From contig CAXXDQ010000007.1 in the NCBI GenBank assembly GCA_963664325.2, positions 256,001 to 320,000 on the forward strand: a stretch of DNA of 64,000 nucleotides. The letters are read 5' to 3'. Each line of letters opens with the position of its first letter. Position 1 is the stretch's first letter. A program made the position numbers and the translations under genes. The notes beneath the pieces are model-generated. The model searched no databases. It saw only the letters and a program-made list of their open reading frames with translations, and was not told where the DNA came from. Shown piece after piece: positions 37,862 through 48,161 of this stretch. This stretch comes from Desulfomonilia bacterium (GTDB lineage: Bacteria; Desulfobacterota; Desulfomonilia; UBA1062).

Positions 37862-39156
37862 TCATTTCTCGGCAAGCAGCGTCTCTCCACTGACCTTATC
37901 CATGTCTGCGGGATATGTTCTGGATGCAATCAGGTAGCAGATTCCACCCAGTATTCCCCCTGATGCTGCTATTATAAGCGCTGTGCCAAGAGCCTTTGCA
38001 TCCTGCCCAAGGGCATCAGAAAGAACACCCACCAGATACGGGCTCCAGCCTCCGCCAAGAATGTTGACGCAGAGCATCGTGACACCCCACACCAGTCCCT
38101 TCTGCGCAACTGGCACCACATCCTGCGTGATCGCGCTCAGGCAAGGCATGGCCATTACGCTGATTACACCGTATACAACGGCCAGCGACATGCCAAGGGG
38201 GCCCTTGAACTTCAGATATACGGCCCCTGTAATCACCAAGGCGCTCATGATCATGGTTATTGCCGGTATGTAAAGCCTTCCCCTCGGGTCCTTTTTGAAC
38301 CACATGTCAGCCAGGAATCCGCCCAGAGGCGAACCGATAATGGCCGCCATGATAATCGGGACCAGGATGCTGTTTGCCGTTTGAACATCCACACCCCAGG
38401 CGCGCCCGATATAGGAAGGCGCCCAGAACAGGAATGACCAGGACATGATGTTGGACAGTCCGTACCCGAGGAAAACCCAGATCAGAGTAGGTATTGTTAA
38501 AAGCTTTGCTACCGATTTCCAGAAAGAGGCTTTTATGCCGTCAAGCCGGATATTATCTGCGCTCCTGTAATCTTTCATGAACAGCGCAAGTACGCCCAGT
38601 ATTACACCGGGGACGGCAAAGACGAAGAAAGGCGCCTGCCATCCTGCATGTTTGGCTATGATGCCTCCAAGCAGTGACCCAAGTGCTATTCCCACCGGGA
38701 TCGCCATATTGAAAACACCCATGACCATGCCGCGCTTCTTCTGGGGGTAAGCTGCTCCGATCATGGCGGTTCCCCCCGGGGCGAACCCGGCTTCGCCCAC
38801 TGCTACCAGGCTGCGGGGTATCAAAAGCGTGATGAAGCTCCTTGCAGTACCAGTAAAAAAGGTAAATGTACTCCAGAAAATTGCCAGTATGGCAATAGCC
38901 TTACGCCTGCTCCAACGGTCGATTATATATGAAAGCGGCGCCGCAAAAAGGGCCAGGCTGATGAGGAATACAGTACCTATTGCGCCGACATTGCTGTCGC
39001 TCAGTCCGAGAGCGGCTTTCATAGGCTCTGCCACTGCCGCTATTACCTGCCGGTCCATGAAATTGACCATGTAAGGAGTGTGCAGATAATGATGATATAT
39101 AACGATGCTCCCCTTCCGGATTTATATTCCTTCGGCTTTTTAAGGTCGGTTTGCAT
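37862..39156 (-). CDS. MFS transporter (spinster-like), with an apparent frameshift near 39073
   Basis: NFMDRQ, DRWSRRK, GEAGFAP motifs; upstream GAGGAG-ATG at 39156 gives MQTDL...IIIICTLL one base out of frame. Confidence 0.82.
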
Positions 39157-39316
39157 GCAAGTCTCCTCTTTCCAGATATAATACGGCAAGTGATTAAAGG
39201 GTCAAGATTAAGTATGAAAGGAAGGAATATCTGCTCGATTTGTATAGAGTTTAATTATTGGACTTCGGCATTCCCGGTTAATAATATTCTTAAAAATAAA
39301 TCGTTCAGGAGATTAT

Positions 39317-39820
39317 ATGAGAAACATAAACATTCTTGCGGTTTCTTTGATCGTGGCTGTCTTTCTTTTTGGTTGTGCGACAGTACAAGGCACTTCTCCA
39401 AAAGGTCTGGAAATCCCGATTGAAAAAGCATCGATAAAATTTTCGTCTGATATAAAAGACGGCGGATATAATATTGTCGATACCGAACAGCTGAAAAAAT
39501 GGATTGCCGACGGCAAGGGCATGACAATAATAAGCACGCTTCCTGTTACGGATGACAAATATCTGGGTACTATCCCCTTGGCGGTTAACGGTGTCATGCC
39601 GAAATCAGAAAAAGACCTGACACAGGCCGACAAGGATAATCTCCTGAAAGCTGCGGGGTTAGACAAAGACAAAACCATTGTTGTCTATTGCGGGTTTGTA
39701 GCATGCAGAAGAAGCCATATTGGTGCCAAGATACTTGTCGATAACGGTTTTAAAAGCGTATACCGCTATCCCGGCGGGATAGTAGCCTGGAAGGAAGCAG
39801 GAAATCCTGTAGTAAAATAG
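39317..39820 (+). CDS. Rhodanese-like lipoprotein
   Basis: Lipobox LFGC; VVYCGFVACRRSH, YRYPGGIVAW. Confidence 0.87.
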   Translation: MRNINILAVSLIVAVFLFGCATVQGTSPKGLEIPIEKASIKFSSDIKDGGYNIVDTEQLKKWIADGKGMTIISTLPVTDDKYLGTIPLAVNGVMPKSEKDLTQADKDNLLKAAGLDKDKTIVVYCGFVACRRSHIGAKILVDNGFKSVYRYPGGIVAWKEAGNPVVK

Positions 39821-39840
39821 CCATCTGAGTTAGTACGTCA

Positions 39841-39869
39841 AAGGGCTGCCCTAAAGTGGCGGTCTTTTT
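39841..39869 (+). terminator. Probable intrinsic terminator
   Basis: AAGGGCTGCC-loop-GGCGGTCTTTTT after the rhodanese gene. Confidence 0.5.
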
Positions 39870-39886
39870 ATTCATAAGGGTAAAAA

Positions 39887-40345
39887 ATGGAGTTAAAAAC
39901 ACTTACGGCAACACTTGTTTCAGTATTTCTATTGATTGCAGGATGCACAGGCAAAAACATTTATACTGAAAAAGTTAATTCGCAAATAAATGTTTTTGGA
40001 ATCAAACTTCTGACTGATACCGACTACAAAATAATCAATGGAGTACAAGCAGTTGAGGAACCCTGCCTGAAGGGATATGAACGCAGTTTTGACGCCCTGG
40101 ATATTACCATCGGATATGGTTTCAACAAGAAAATAAGGAAGATCACGACCCGCAATCACAACACCAGCATGTTTGAAGTAAGTCCCGGAATGACATTCGA
40201 GGAAGGCAGACAAAAAATAGTAGCAGCTGGTTTCACCGAATATTCGCCCCCTTATATATTCATTTCAAACGGATACACGCTAACAGTGCTGGCTGACGGA
40301 GATAAACGGATATTCGGCCTGACAATTCAGCCTATTGACCATTGA
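39887..40345 (+). CDS. Hypothetical lipoprotein
   Basis: Lipobox IAGC; no family recognised. Confidence 0.7.
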   Translation: MELKTLTATLVSVFLLIAGCTGKNIYTEKVNSQINVFGIKLLTDTDYKIINGVQAVEEPCLKGYERSFDALDITIGYGFNKKIRKITTRNHNTSMFEVSPGMTFEEGRQKIVAAGFTEYSPPYIFISNGYTLTVLADGDKRIFGLTIQPIDH

Positions 40346-40450
40346 ACAGTTTGATAAGAGTTTTGATTGGTCAGACTAGGAGCCTTTCCTGGCAAAGAAT
40401 CCTTTCCTATTGTCGTGTCTTACAGCTTGGTTTAACATCCGATTCAGGAT

Positions 40451-41593
40451 ATGCCCGTGAAAGAAAAAGAAAATGCTGTTAATCCCCAGAATGATGTTTT
40501 TCGCAGTGCGCTTAAGGAGCAGCTTGCAAGTATAACAGAAAACTGCACTGATTGCGGGCAATGCATAAATGAATGTGATTTCTTAAGGAAGTACGGCTCT
40601 CCCAGAGCAATCGCCGCCCGGTATGATGCTCAAAAAAAATCAGGACAGGTCATGCCTTTTGAATGCAGCCTGTGCAGTCTATGCGCGGCAGTCTGTCCTG
40701 AAGGCCTCGATCCCAGAAAAATGTTTATAGAAATGAGGCGTGAGGCTGTTGAACGCGGCAAGGGAAAATTTCCTGAGCATTCGTGGCTTTTAATGCATGA
40801 ACGCATGGGCATGTCGAGGTTTTTTTCTCTGTATGCGATCCCTGAAGGGTGCAGACGCGTATTATTCCCCGGCTGTGCATTCCCCGGGATCAGGCCCGGA
40901 ACCACCCGGAAGCTGTTCGATGTATTGAACGCCGGAGATCCGAATCTGGGGATTGTGTTTGAATGCTGCGGCCGCATATCGGATGATCTGGGCCGTGAGG
41001 GATTTTCATCAGGAAGGCTGGCAGAAATGCAGGAGCTCCTTGTCGGCAATAATGTTGATGAAGTCATTGTTGTCTGTCCCAACTGTTATGATATGTTCAG
41101 GGACTATGCAAAAGACCTGAAAGTCAGCATGGTCTACGAGATGCTTCCTAAGAATGCAGCTGCAGTTCAGGCTGAAGGTGAAACTTTTTTGCATGACCCG
41201 TGCGGGGCGCGTTTTAACAGCGGATGCCATTACATGGTAAGATCACTCCTTAAAGAGAAAGGCATCAAGGTCAAGGAATTGGCCCATAACAGGCAGAGGA
41301 CTCTTTGCTGCGGAAACGGTGCTGGCGTCATGCCAATTTCCCCGGATTTCTCCAGAGGCTGGATCAGGCGCATAGATAGAGAAGCCTCCGGCGGGGCTAT
41401 AACAACCTATTGCGCGGGCTGTTCTGAAATGTTTAACAGTTATTTTGAAAGCTACCATGTCCTTGATTTCCTGCTTGGACAGGAAGGATATTCAAAAAAA
41501 CTTAAGGTTTCGAGGCCGCCGCTCACTTATTTGAACAGGCTGATGTTGAAAAGATACTTTAAGAAAAGAATCAGGGGGAAAAATGGGCTTTGA
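40451..41593 (+). CDS. Fe-S oxidoreductase with CCG domains
   Basis: CTDCGQCINEC, CSLCSLCAAVCP, FPGC, CCG, HDPC, CCG, YCAGC. Confidence 0.87.
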   Translation: MPVKEKENAVNPQNDVFRSALKEQLASITENCTDCGQCINECDFLRKYGSPRAIAARYDAQKKSGQVMPFECSLCSLCAAVCPEGLDPRKMFIEMRREAVERGKGKFPEHSWLLMHERMGMSRFFSLYAIPEGCRRVLFPGCAFPGIRPGTTRKLFDVLNAGDPNLGIVFECCGRISDDLGREGFSSGRLAEMQELLVGNNVDEVIVVCPNCYDMFRDYAKDLKVSMVYEMLPKNAAAVQAEGETFLHDPCGARFNSGCHYMVRSLLKEKGIKVKELAHNRQRTLCCGNGAGVMPISPDFSRGWIRRIDREASGGAITTYCAGCSEMFNSYFESYHVLDFLLGQEGYSKKLKVSRPPLTYLNRLMLKRYFKKRIRGKNGL

Positions 41594-42581
41594 TGAGATT
41601 ATTAGAAAATCCCTTAATGCCGAGCCGTTAAAGAAGAAAGAACTGATAAGTCTGCTTGAATATCCGCAGGATTCCATTGAATCCTACAGGGTAATGGCTG
41701 AAGCCAGCCGTCTATCAAAAGGTCTTACAGGCAACATGGCTGAAGTCCATGCACAGCTTGCGCTAAATCTCGCACCCTGCAGAGGCGGCTGCATGTTCTG
41801 CTCTTTTGCTGATGTTAATGGTGTGTTCACTTCGGAGACGAGGCTTACCCCATTGCAGGCTGTCGAATATGCGAAACAGTTTGAAACAGACGGGGCAAAC
41901 GCAATTTATGTCATGACAACGGCGCAGTACCCTTTCGGTGAGTTTATTGAAATTTCACAGGAGATCAGAAAGAACCTGAAAGCGCAGACCATGATGATCG
42001 CCAATGTTGGAGACCAGACTTTGAAAAATGCCAGGATTATAAAGGATGCCGGATACACAGGCGTCTACCATGCTCTCAGGTTAAGGGAAGGTGTTGATTC
42101 AAAGATTTCACCTTCAAAGAGGATAAAGAGCATACATAATTTTTATGATGCCGGGCTTAAGGTTGGCACCTGTGTTGAGCCTGTGGGTCCGGAACATACA
42201 AATGAGGAGCTTGCCGAGCTTATACTCTTTACCGCATCAATTAATCCATCTTTCAGCGGCGCTGCCAGGCGTATTCCTATTCCAGGCACGGCCATGGAAG
42301 AACGGGGTTACATAAGCGAACTGCGCATGGCCCAGATTGTAGCCGTCACAAGGCTTGGAATACAGGGGACTGTTGCCGGGAACTGCACTCACGAACCCTG
42401 CACACTCGGAGCCATAGCCGGGGCAAACCTGTTCTGGGCCGAAGCGGGAGGCAATCCCAGGGACATTATGGAAAAAACCGAGGAAGGAAGGGGTGAAACG
42501 GTTTCAAGCTGCCGGAAAATTTTCAATGAATCAGGCTGGGACGTCTATAATGGCCCTTCCAGGTATTTTATGGCTGAGTAA
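41583..42581 (+). CDS. Radical SAM protein, BioB-like subgroup
   Basis: CRGGCMFC motif; extra GTCVEP and GNCTHEP cysteines; overlaps the upstream stop. Confidence 0.82.
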   Translation: MGFDEIIRKSLNAEPLKKKELISLLEYPQDSIESYRVMAEASRLSKGLTGNMAEVHAQLALNLAPCRGGCMFCSFADVNGVFTSETRLTPLQAVEYAKQFETDGANAIYVMTTAQYPFGEFIEISQEIRKNLKAQTMMIANVGDQTLKNARIIKDAGYTGVYHALRLREGVDSKISPSKRIKSIHNFYDAGLKVGTCVEPVGPEHTNEELAELILFTASINPSFSGAARRIPIPGTAMEERGYISELRMAQIVAVTRLGIQGTVAGNCTHEPCTLGAIAGANLFWAEAGGNPRDIMEKTEEGRGETVSSCRKIFNESGWDVYNGPSRYFMAE

Positions 42582-42590
42582 TATATCAGT

Positions 42591-43292
42591 TCAGCGGTAC
42601 ACGGCCATATCCGTGACATAGGAAACCGCATGGCCCTTTGTGTTGTCCGAGTCGTTCATGATACCTACTGTCGCCTTTTCAGGCGGATTCGCACCGAATG
42701 CACGGCGATAGTCAGAGATTATATTCACGGCTTCAGGCACCCATCTTCCAGCTTTTTTATCTCCTTTTTCCAGGATTATCATTCTGCTGCGTGAAGTATA
42801 TACGCTTGTAAGGATGTCAGGCACCACGGGTTCGCTTGCCCATACATAATTCAGGGAACTGTGCGGCGGATATTCACCGTAAAGAATCCTGATTGAATTG
42901 TACAGGGAGCGCTCGATAATATCAGATTTTTCCGGGTTATAAGCGAATGCAACATAGACCCTTACAGGCGCATCATCGCCTGCCTTCGACCTGAGGTCCG
43001 CACCGGGCAGGATGTTGTCGATCTTCCATTTCCACTTCATCAGAGGATAATCATAAGGGTTAAACGCTTCCTTATATATAACTACCGAGGCTGAAGCCTG
43101 GCTTTCAGCCCTTAAAAAACTCTCCTTTCCGTCATTTGCGGCCGTATAGGTTGTATGCGCAGGTATTTTGGGAAAATAGACTTCCTTCCAGTTTGAAAGG
43201 TTTTTGAAATTCTCCAGGAACAGCGTATTTCCGGCAGCCGAAATGAGCAGCATTAAAACTGACGACAAAATAATGGCTGTAAAATTTCTCAT
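42591..43292 (-). CDS. DUF3047-family secreted protein
   Basis: Signal peptide; WKWKI, GDDAPVRVYV, LNYVWA, DYRRAFG, IMNDSDNT. Confidence 0.85.
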   Translation of the reverse strand: MRNFTAIILSSVLMLLISAAGNTLFLENFKNLSNWKEVYFPKIPAHTTYTAANDGKESFLRAESQASASVVIYKEAFNPYDYPLMKWKWKIDNILPGADLRSKAGDDAPVRVYVAFAYNPEKSDIIERSLYNSIRILYGEYPPHSSLNYVWASEPVVPDILTSVYTSRSRMIILEKGDKKAGRWVPEAVNIISDYRRAFGANPPEKATVGIMNDSDNTKGHAVSYVTDMAVYR

Positions 43293-44698
43293 AATAACAT
43301 CCGCATGACATTCCTACATTTATTAATCAAGGCTTCCAATATAATGGCGAACCACCCGGCTAAACCTGCATCAGTCCTGTATAAACCGGCTATCCGCTCA
43401 GGTTCGGCCCCTGATTTGAAACTGATGAAGACGAGCTGGTTTATAAGAAATGCATTCATCACACCAAGCCTTGAAAAACGCCTTGCTGAACTTACCGCTT
43501 TTCCGGGAAGAACAATAATCCTTCCTTTTTTTCTCAATCTTCGCACCAGGTCGACATCTTCCATTACGGGCATTTCGGTAAAGCCACCGGCAGCTTTAAA
43601 ATCCGAACTCTTCATGAAGATACCCTGGTCGCCGTACGGAAGCTCAAATATGCGCGAACGCAGATTCGCCCCAAGTTCAATCAGCTTCAGTGAAAATCTG
43701 TCCGAGCCGAAACTGAGACTGAATGACCCGGCAATATTTCTTGCATCGGCCAGAGATTTGCGGATATCCCTTTCAAAGCCGGGATAAAGCCGGGTGTCTG
43801 CATGCAGGAAAAGCAGTATGTCTCCTTCAGCACAGGCTGCCCCCTTATTCATCTGAAGGGCGCGCCCTTTTTCTGTTCGGATCAAACGGGCCCCTGAATT
43901 CTGCGCAATTGTGGCTGTTCTATCCCTGCTGCCTCCGTCTGCAACAATAACCTCGATATCTTCAGCTGATTTCAGGCTCTTCAGCGTATCTGAAATACTC
44001 TCTTCCTCATCGAAGGCGGGAATAACAACTGATATTTTTGTCTGAATTTTAACGCTTAAATCTTCCCAGAGCCTGACGTCTTCAGGTCTGTCAATATCAT
44101 GTAGCCTGTCAAGAAGTATTGCAGACAGGCCTATTGAGCGGGTTTTTGACATTGTCTGTTCAAGGACGAACTTACTGCTCCAGTCAATAGCTTCAAAGAG
44201 ACCGGCAAAGGGCTTTTTGAGTCCGATCAGATAATAGCCGCCGTCAAATGCCGGGCCGAGCACACAATCATTATTGCCGAGCATATCAAAGGCCTTCCTT
44301 ATTATTGAAGGTGTGATAAAGGGGCAGTCCGAACCTATTATGACGACATTTTCAAATCCGCGTTCAAACGACTTTCTGAAAGCTTGGAGCATTCGTTCCC
44401 CAATGTCCCCCTCGCTTTGTCTATGCATTGCAAAATCGGAACCGAACATTTTTTTCATGGCCGCTTCATCGCTTCCTTCAAAATGTATTTCAATAACCGC
44501 CTCATCGTTGAGCTGACAAACGTTTCTTATTATATGAATGCACATATCCCTTTGCAGTCTTGCTGCCCCGGAGGGTCCCAGCAGGGGAATTAGTCGGGTT
44601 TTAACCTCGCCCGGAACAGGGTATCGGGAGAATATTATGAGCAGATTGCCTGCATCTTTCCGGTCGGAATTAAAGGCTGAACACAGTTGCTCTTTCAT
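43289..44698 (-). CDS. Fusion of TIGR04282 (DUF2064) and TIGR04283 (GT2) transferases
   Basis: N-half RYPVPGEVKTRL, IGSDCP, GPAFDGGYYLIG, DIDRPED; C-half VADGGSRD, GRALQMNKGA, FLHADT, PYGDQG, MEDV, SARR. Confidence 0.9.
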   Translation of the reverse strand: MKEQLCSAFNSDRKDAGNLLIIFSRYPVPGEVKTRLIPLLGPSGAARLQRDMCIHIIRNVCQLNDEAVIEIHFEGSDEAAMKKMFGSDFAMHRQSEGDIGERMLQAFRKSFERGFENVVIIGSDCPFITPSIIRKAFDMLGNNDCVLGPAFDGGYYLIGLKKPFAGLFEAIDWSSKFVLEQTMSKTRSIGLSAILLDRLHDIDRPEDVRLWEDLSVKIQTKISVVIPAFDEEESISDTLKSLKSAEDIEVIVADGGSRDRTATIAQNSGARLIRTEKGRALQMNKGAACAEGDILLFLHADTRLYPGFERDIRKSLADARNIAGSFSLSFGSDRFSLKLIELGANLRSRIFELPYGDQGIFMKSSDFKAAGGFTEMPVMEDVDLVRRLRKKGRIIVLPGKAVSSARRFSRLGVMNAFLINQLVFISFKSGAEPERIAGLYRTDAGLAGWFAIILEALINKCRNVMRMLL

Positions 44699-44704
44699 GA
44701 GGCC

Positions 44705-45478
44705 TCACAGATGTTTGTCTGAGCCTTCGTTTGTCTCACTCCCGCCCTGTTGATTCAAGCGCCTCTTTGCAAGACGAACAAGGAAAAATAGAGCAAGTGC
44801 TGCAATAGCGAAAACCGAAACCAGTGACCATGTAATTTTGCCGTCTGATATACCTTTTAGAACTACGTCAAAGCCTACTACATAGAGTATGGTTCCAGGG
44901 AGCATAAAGAGCCATGAGAAGAAGACATAAGTAAAGAAGCGCACTTTTGTCAGTCCGAAACCGTAGTTTAACAGATTGAACGGTAAAATGGGGATGAGCC
45001 TGGCCAGTATTACAATAATTGCACCATGCTCTTCACTCAATGAATCCAGTTTTATAAAACGCGGGTTTTTTTTCAGCCATACAGTTACAGCATCCCGTGC
45101 CATGTACCTGGATACGAGAAATGCCAGTGCCGCACCGATCGTCGATCCGATACTGACGAAGACAACTCCATAAAAAGAGCCAAAGAGCGCTGCTGCAATT
45201 ACACTAAGAGCCGTTCCGGGAATTACTGCGACAGTGGCCAGGACATATAAAACTATATATGCAAGCGGCGCAAGGCTGCCGAGAGATGCGATCCAGACGC
45301 GCAACAGCCCTAGTTTTTCTCCAAGCCCGAAGATCCGAGCAAGAATAAAAATCATCGCTATTATCACGACGAAACCGAAAGGTTTCAGCCAATGAGTGAT
45401 TTTTCCTGTGAATGGTTTGCCGGTATCTGATTCTGGCACTGACGTCTCCTTACATGATTTTGAAACAGTGTCTGACAT
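44705..45478 (-). CDS. TVP38/TMEM64 (DedA/VTT) membrane protein
   Basis: IPGT, GAALAFLVSRY, RLIPILPFNLLNYGFGLT, MLPGT. Confidence 0.9.
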   Translation of the reverse strand: MSDTVSKSCKETSVPESDTGKPFTGKITHWLKPFGFVVIIAMIFILARIFGLGEKLGLLRVWIASLGSLAPLAYIVLYVLATVAVIPGTALSVIAAALFGSFYGVVFVSIGSTIGAALAFLVSRYMARDAVTVWLKKNPRFIKLDSLSEEHGAIIVILARLIPILPFNLLNYGFGLTKVRFFTYVFFSWLFMLPGTILYVVGFDVVLKGISDGKITWSLVSVFAIAALALFFLVRLAKRRLNQQGGSETNEGSDKHL

Positions 45479-45629
45479 CTTCAATCTTGTTTCTGCATAC
45501 ACCAAATTCCAGAGGTATTCCTTTTGTCATCACCAGGATTTGTCAAGTTCTTTTCCGTTTCTGCATTCATTCAATCACAGGGACAAATAAAAACATTCTT
45601 TCTCTCAAGTGGAACGGATTAAATAAAAC

Positions 45630-46979
45630 CTAGAGGTTATCCGGGTTGCATGCAGGAATCAGCAGCCCCGCATCAAAGGCCTGTCTTTCAAGTTCTTCCC
45701 GGAAGTCAGGATGTGCAATGGAAATCATGGCCTTTACCCTGTCGGGCACGGATCTCATGTAGAGGTCAGCCACTCCATATTCGGTTACGACATACATCAC
45801 GTCGGATCTTGGCGTAGTGACCACGGTGCCGGGTGTAAGGTTGAGTACGATTCTTGAGGTGAGTGTTCCGTCTTTCCTCATGGAGGTCGATTTAAGCGCT
45901 ATAAAAGATTTTCCTCCCCTGGATGCGGCAGCGCCCCTTACGAAGTCGAGCTGGCCGCCTGTAGCGCTGTACGGAGTGTGGCCAATGGTTTCCGATGCCA
46001 CCTGGCCGGTGAGGTCCACGGTAAGTCCGGCGTTTATGGAGCACAGGTTGTCGTTCTGTTTAATAATGTCGAGATGGTTAGCCATGGTAATCGGCATGCT
46101 CAGTATTGTCGGGTTGTTGTCCACGAAATCGAGAAGCCTTTCCGTCCCGATGATAAGACCTCCCACGACGATCTTTCCCGGGTACAGGGTCTTTTCCCTC
46201 CCTGTAATAACACCCAGGTCGGCCAGCTCTGCCACTGCATCGCTCAGTATTTCGGCGTGTACGCCCAGGTTTTTCTTGCCATGCAGGAAATAGGCGACGG
46301 CATTGGGGATACCCCCGATACCCAGCTGTATTGTGGCGCCGTCCGGGATATGCCCGGCAATGTTCTCGCCTATCTTTTTCTCCACGTCAGTGATGGTAAT
46401 TTCGGGCACCGGAACAAGATCATGATCGGCCTCGACAATGAAATCAACCTCGTCCACATGAACCAGATTTTCTATCCCGTGAATCCAGGGTGTCCTTGAG
46501 TTGACCTGCACAATGACCTTTTTGCACTTGTTGATAGCGTATCTTCCATACACAACGCCGCACGGTCCCAGGTTCATGTATCCGCGTTCGTCTGGCGGTG
46601 TCACCTCAAGCAGGGCAACGTCTGACACATTGGCGCGGTCCAGTGCGACGGTGCTTTTCGAAAGATGCATGGGGAAAGGAACTACATTCCCCTGAGGGTG
46701 GAACATCCTTTCCAGAGGCCCGAAATAGCCGCTGTAATAGGTAATGTGCCCGACATAATCACCATTAAGGAATGCAAAGGGATAGATCATGAGATTGCTT
46801 GCAATCTTGACTTTTTGAAGCTCTCCCTTGCGGGCCGCAAGCGCGTTCAGGATGTCTATGGGCATGCTGTTGACAGGGGCAAGTAAAATCCAGTCCCCCG
46901 ATTTTATTGCCGCAGCAGCCTCCTGCGCCGGAACCAGCTTTTTCTGATAATCCGCCTTCCAGTCAGTTATGCTGCTCAT
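45630..46979 (-). CDS. Acetyl-CoA hydrolase/4-hydroxybutyrate CoA-transferase family
   Basis: TIQLGIGGIPNA, DLTGQV, GGQLDFVRGA, VVTEYGVA, IAHPDFR. Confidence 0.92.
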   Translation of the reverse strand: MSSITDWKADYQKKLVPAQEAAAAIKSGDWILLAPVNSMPIDILNALAARKGELQKVKIASNLMIYPFAFLNGDYVGHITYYSGYFGPLERMFHPQGNVVPFPMHLSKSTVALDRANVSDVALLEVTPPDERGYMNLGPCGVVYGRYAINKCKKVIVQVNSRTPWIHGIENLVHVDEVDFIVEADHDLVPVPEITITDVEKKIGENIAGHIPDGATIQLGIGGIPNAVAYFLHGKKNLGVHAEILSDAVAELADLGVITGREKTLYPGKIVVGGLIIGTERLLDFVDNNPTILSMPITMANHLDIIKQNDNLCSINAGLTVDLTGQVASETIGHTPYSATGGQLDFVRGAAASRGGKSFIALKSTSMRKDGTLTSRIVLNLTPGTVVTTPRSDVMYVVTEYGVADLYMRSVPDRVKAMISIAHPDFREELERQAFDAGLLIPACNPDNL

Positions 46980-47105
46980 GCTTGATTCTCCTTCGGCATT
47001 TTTATCTTCTCAGGCGGGGCGATGATGATGAGTGTTAATCATGGATTAAGTTTTTCTGTCAAGAAAATACAGGTCGACTGCGATTGGAATAGGAAGGAAA
47101 TAATT

Positions 47106-48161
47106 TTAACCAGATTGCTGTGCAAACCATTCTTCAGGTCTTAACGCCTTGTCAACGAGCTTGCCGAACCTGTTAATACAGGTATCCCTGATGTAGGCGT
47201 CCACATCTTCGTACATTTCGGGCAGCCTTACAATACGGGTTTCAAGTCCTGTTCTGCCGATAAGATGAATGGCGCGCTTTGTCTTTTCTCTGCCGGACAG
47301 TGCCAGTATTATTTTTTTTGCCCCGAACCCTGCAGAGGTCTTCAGCAGTCCAGCTGTAAGCCCGTCTTTTCCAACTCCGATAACACCCCTGATACCGATG
47401 CAATCAGAGAGCATTGCGTCGAAAAAGCCTTCAACAACAACGAGCTGTTCACAATCTGTCGACTTGTACATCAGGAGGGGCGTGTCTTTAAGATATTTCA
47501 TCGATGTCAGAGGTACATATCCCTCAGGTTCGCTGTCGAATGCCTTTCCATATATTCCCATCAGTCTGCCGCATGCATCCCTGTAAGGTATTGCCAGCAT
47601 CTGGCGGTTATTGTCTGCTGCGAAAACATCATCTGCAGCATTTTCTCCTGGATAATTTTTATCAAGAACCTCCAGGGTTTCATTGTACCCCGGAAACAGC
47701 CCCAACCCCATATGCTCGATTTCCTCACCCATATATCCGCGGTTGTTGAGGTACATGAGTGCTGCCTTGCCTTCATCCGAGAACAGCATTGTCGTGAACA
47801 CAGTCATTGCTGTCTCAAGCAAGCCCGAACGCATGGTTTCGATTTTCCATTGGTTCTCTGAAACAATCCCTCTCACATTTGCGACCCTGGCAAGAGATTT
47901 CAGGGCCTCGCTGGAACTCATGGCTTTATACCTCATCAGATAATCCACCCAGTCGCCATGAGCTCCGCATGCAAAACAAAAATACCTCGGACTTTCAGAT
48001 TTGACGATCAGCGTCGGCATTGCATCATTATGGAAAGGACAGAAGGCGATATACCCTTCAGATTTTCTTTCAAAACCCTTCAGAGCTCCGAATATTTTCT
48101 CCTGGTAATTTATATGCAGCAGTCTGCTGTATAACCTTTCAATATTGGATTGGCCTATCAT
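47106..48161 (-). CDS. DnaG primase-like protein (CHC2 zinc finger plus TOPRIM), short and degenerate
   Basis: CPFHND, YFCFACGAHGD, YLNNRG, VVVEGFFDA, LP...DVD; no helicase-binding domain. Confidence 0.8.
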   Translation of the reverse strand: MIGQSNIERLYSRLLHINYQEKIFGALKGFERKSEGYIAFCPFHNDAMPTLIVKSESPRYFCFACGAHGDWVDYLMRYKAMSSSEALKSLARVANVRGIVSENQWKIETMRSGLLETAMTVFTTMLFSDEGKAALMYLNNRGYMGEEIEHMGLGLFPGYNETLEVLDKNYPGENAADDVFAADNNRQMLAIPYRDACGRLMGIYGKAFDSEPEGYVPLTSMKYLKDTPLLMYKSTDCEQLVVVEGFFDAMLSDCIGIRGVIGVGKDGLTAGLLKTSAGFGAKKIILALSGREKTKRAIHLIGRTGLETRIVRLPEMYEDVDAYIRDTCINRFGKLVDKALRPEEWFAQQSG

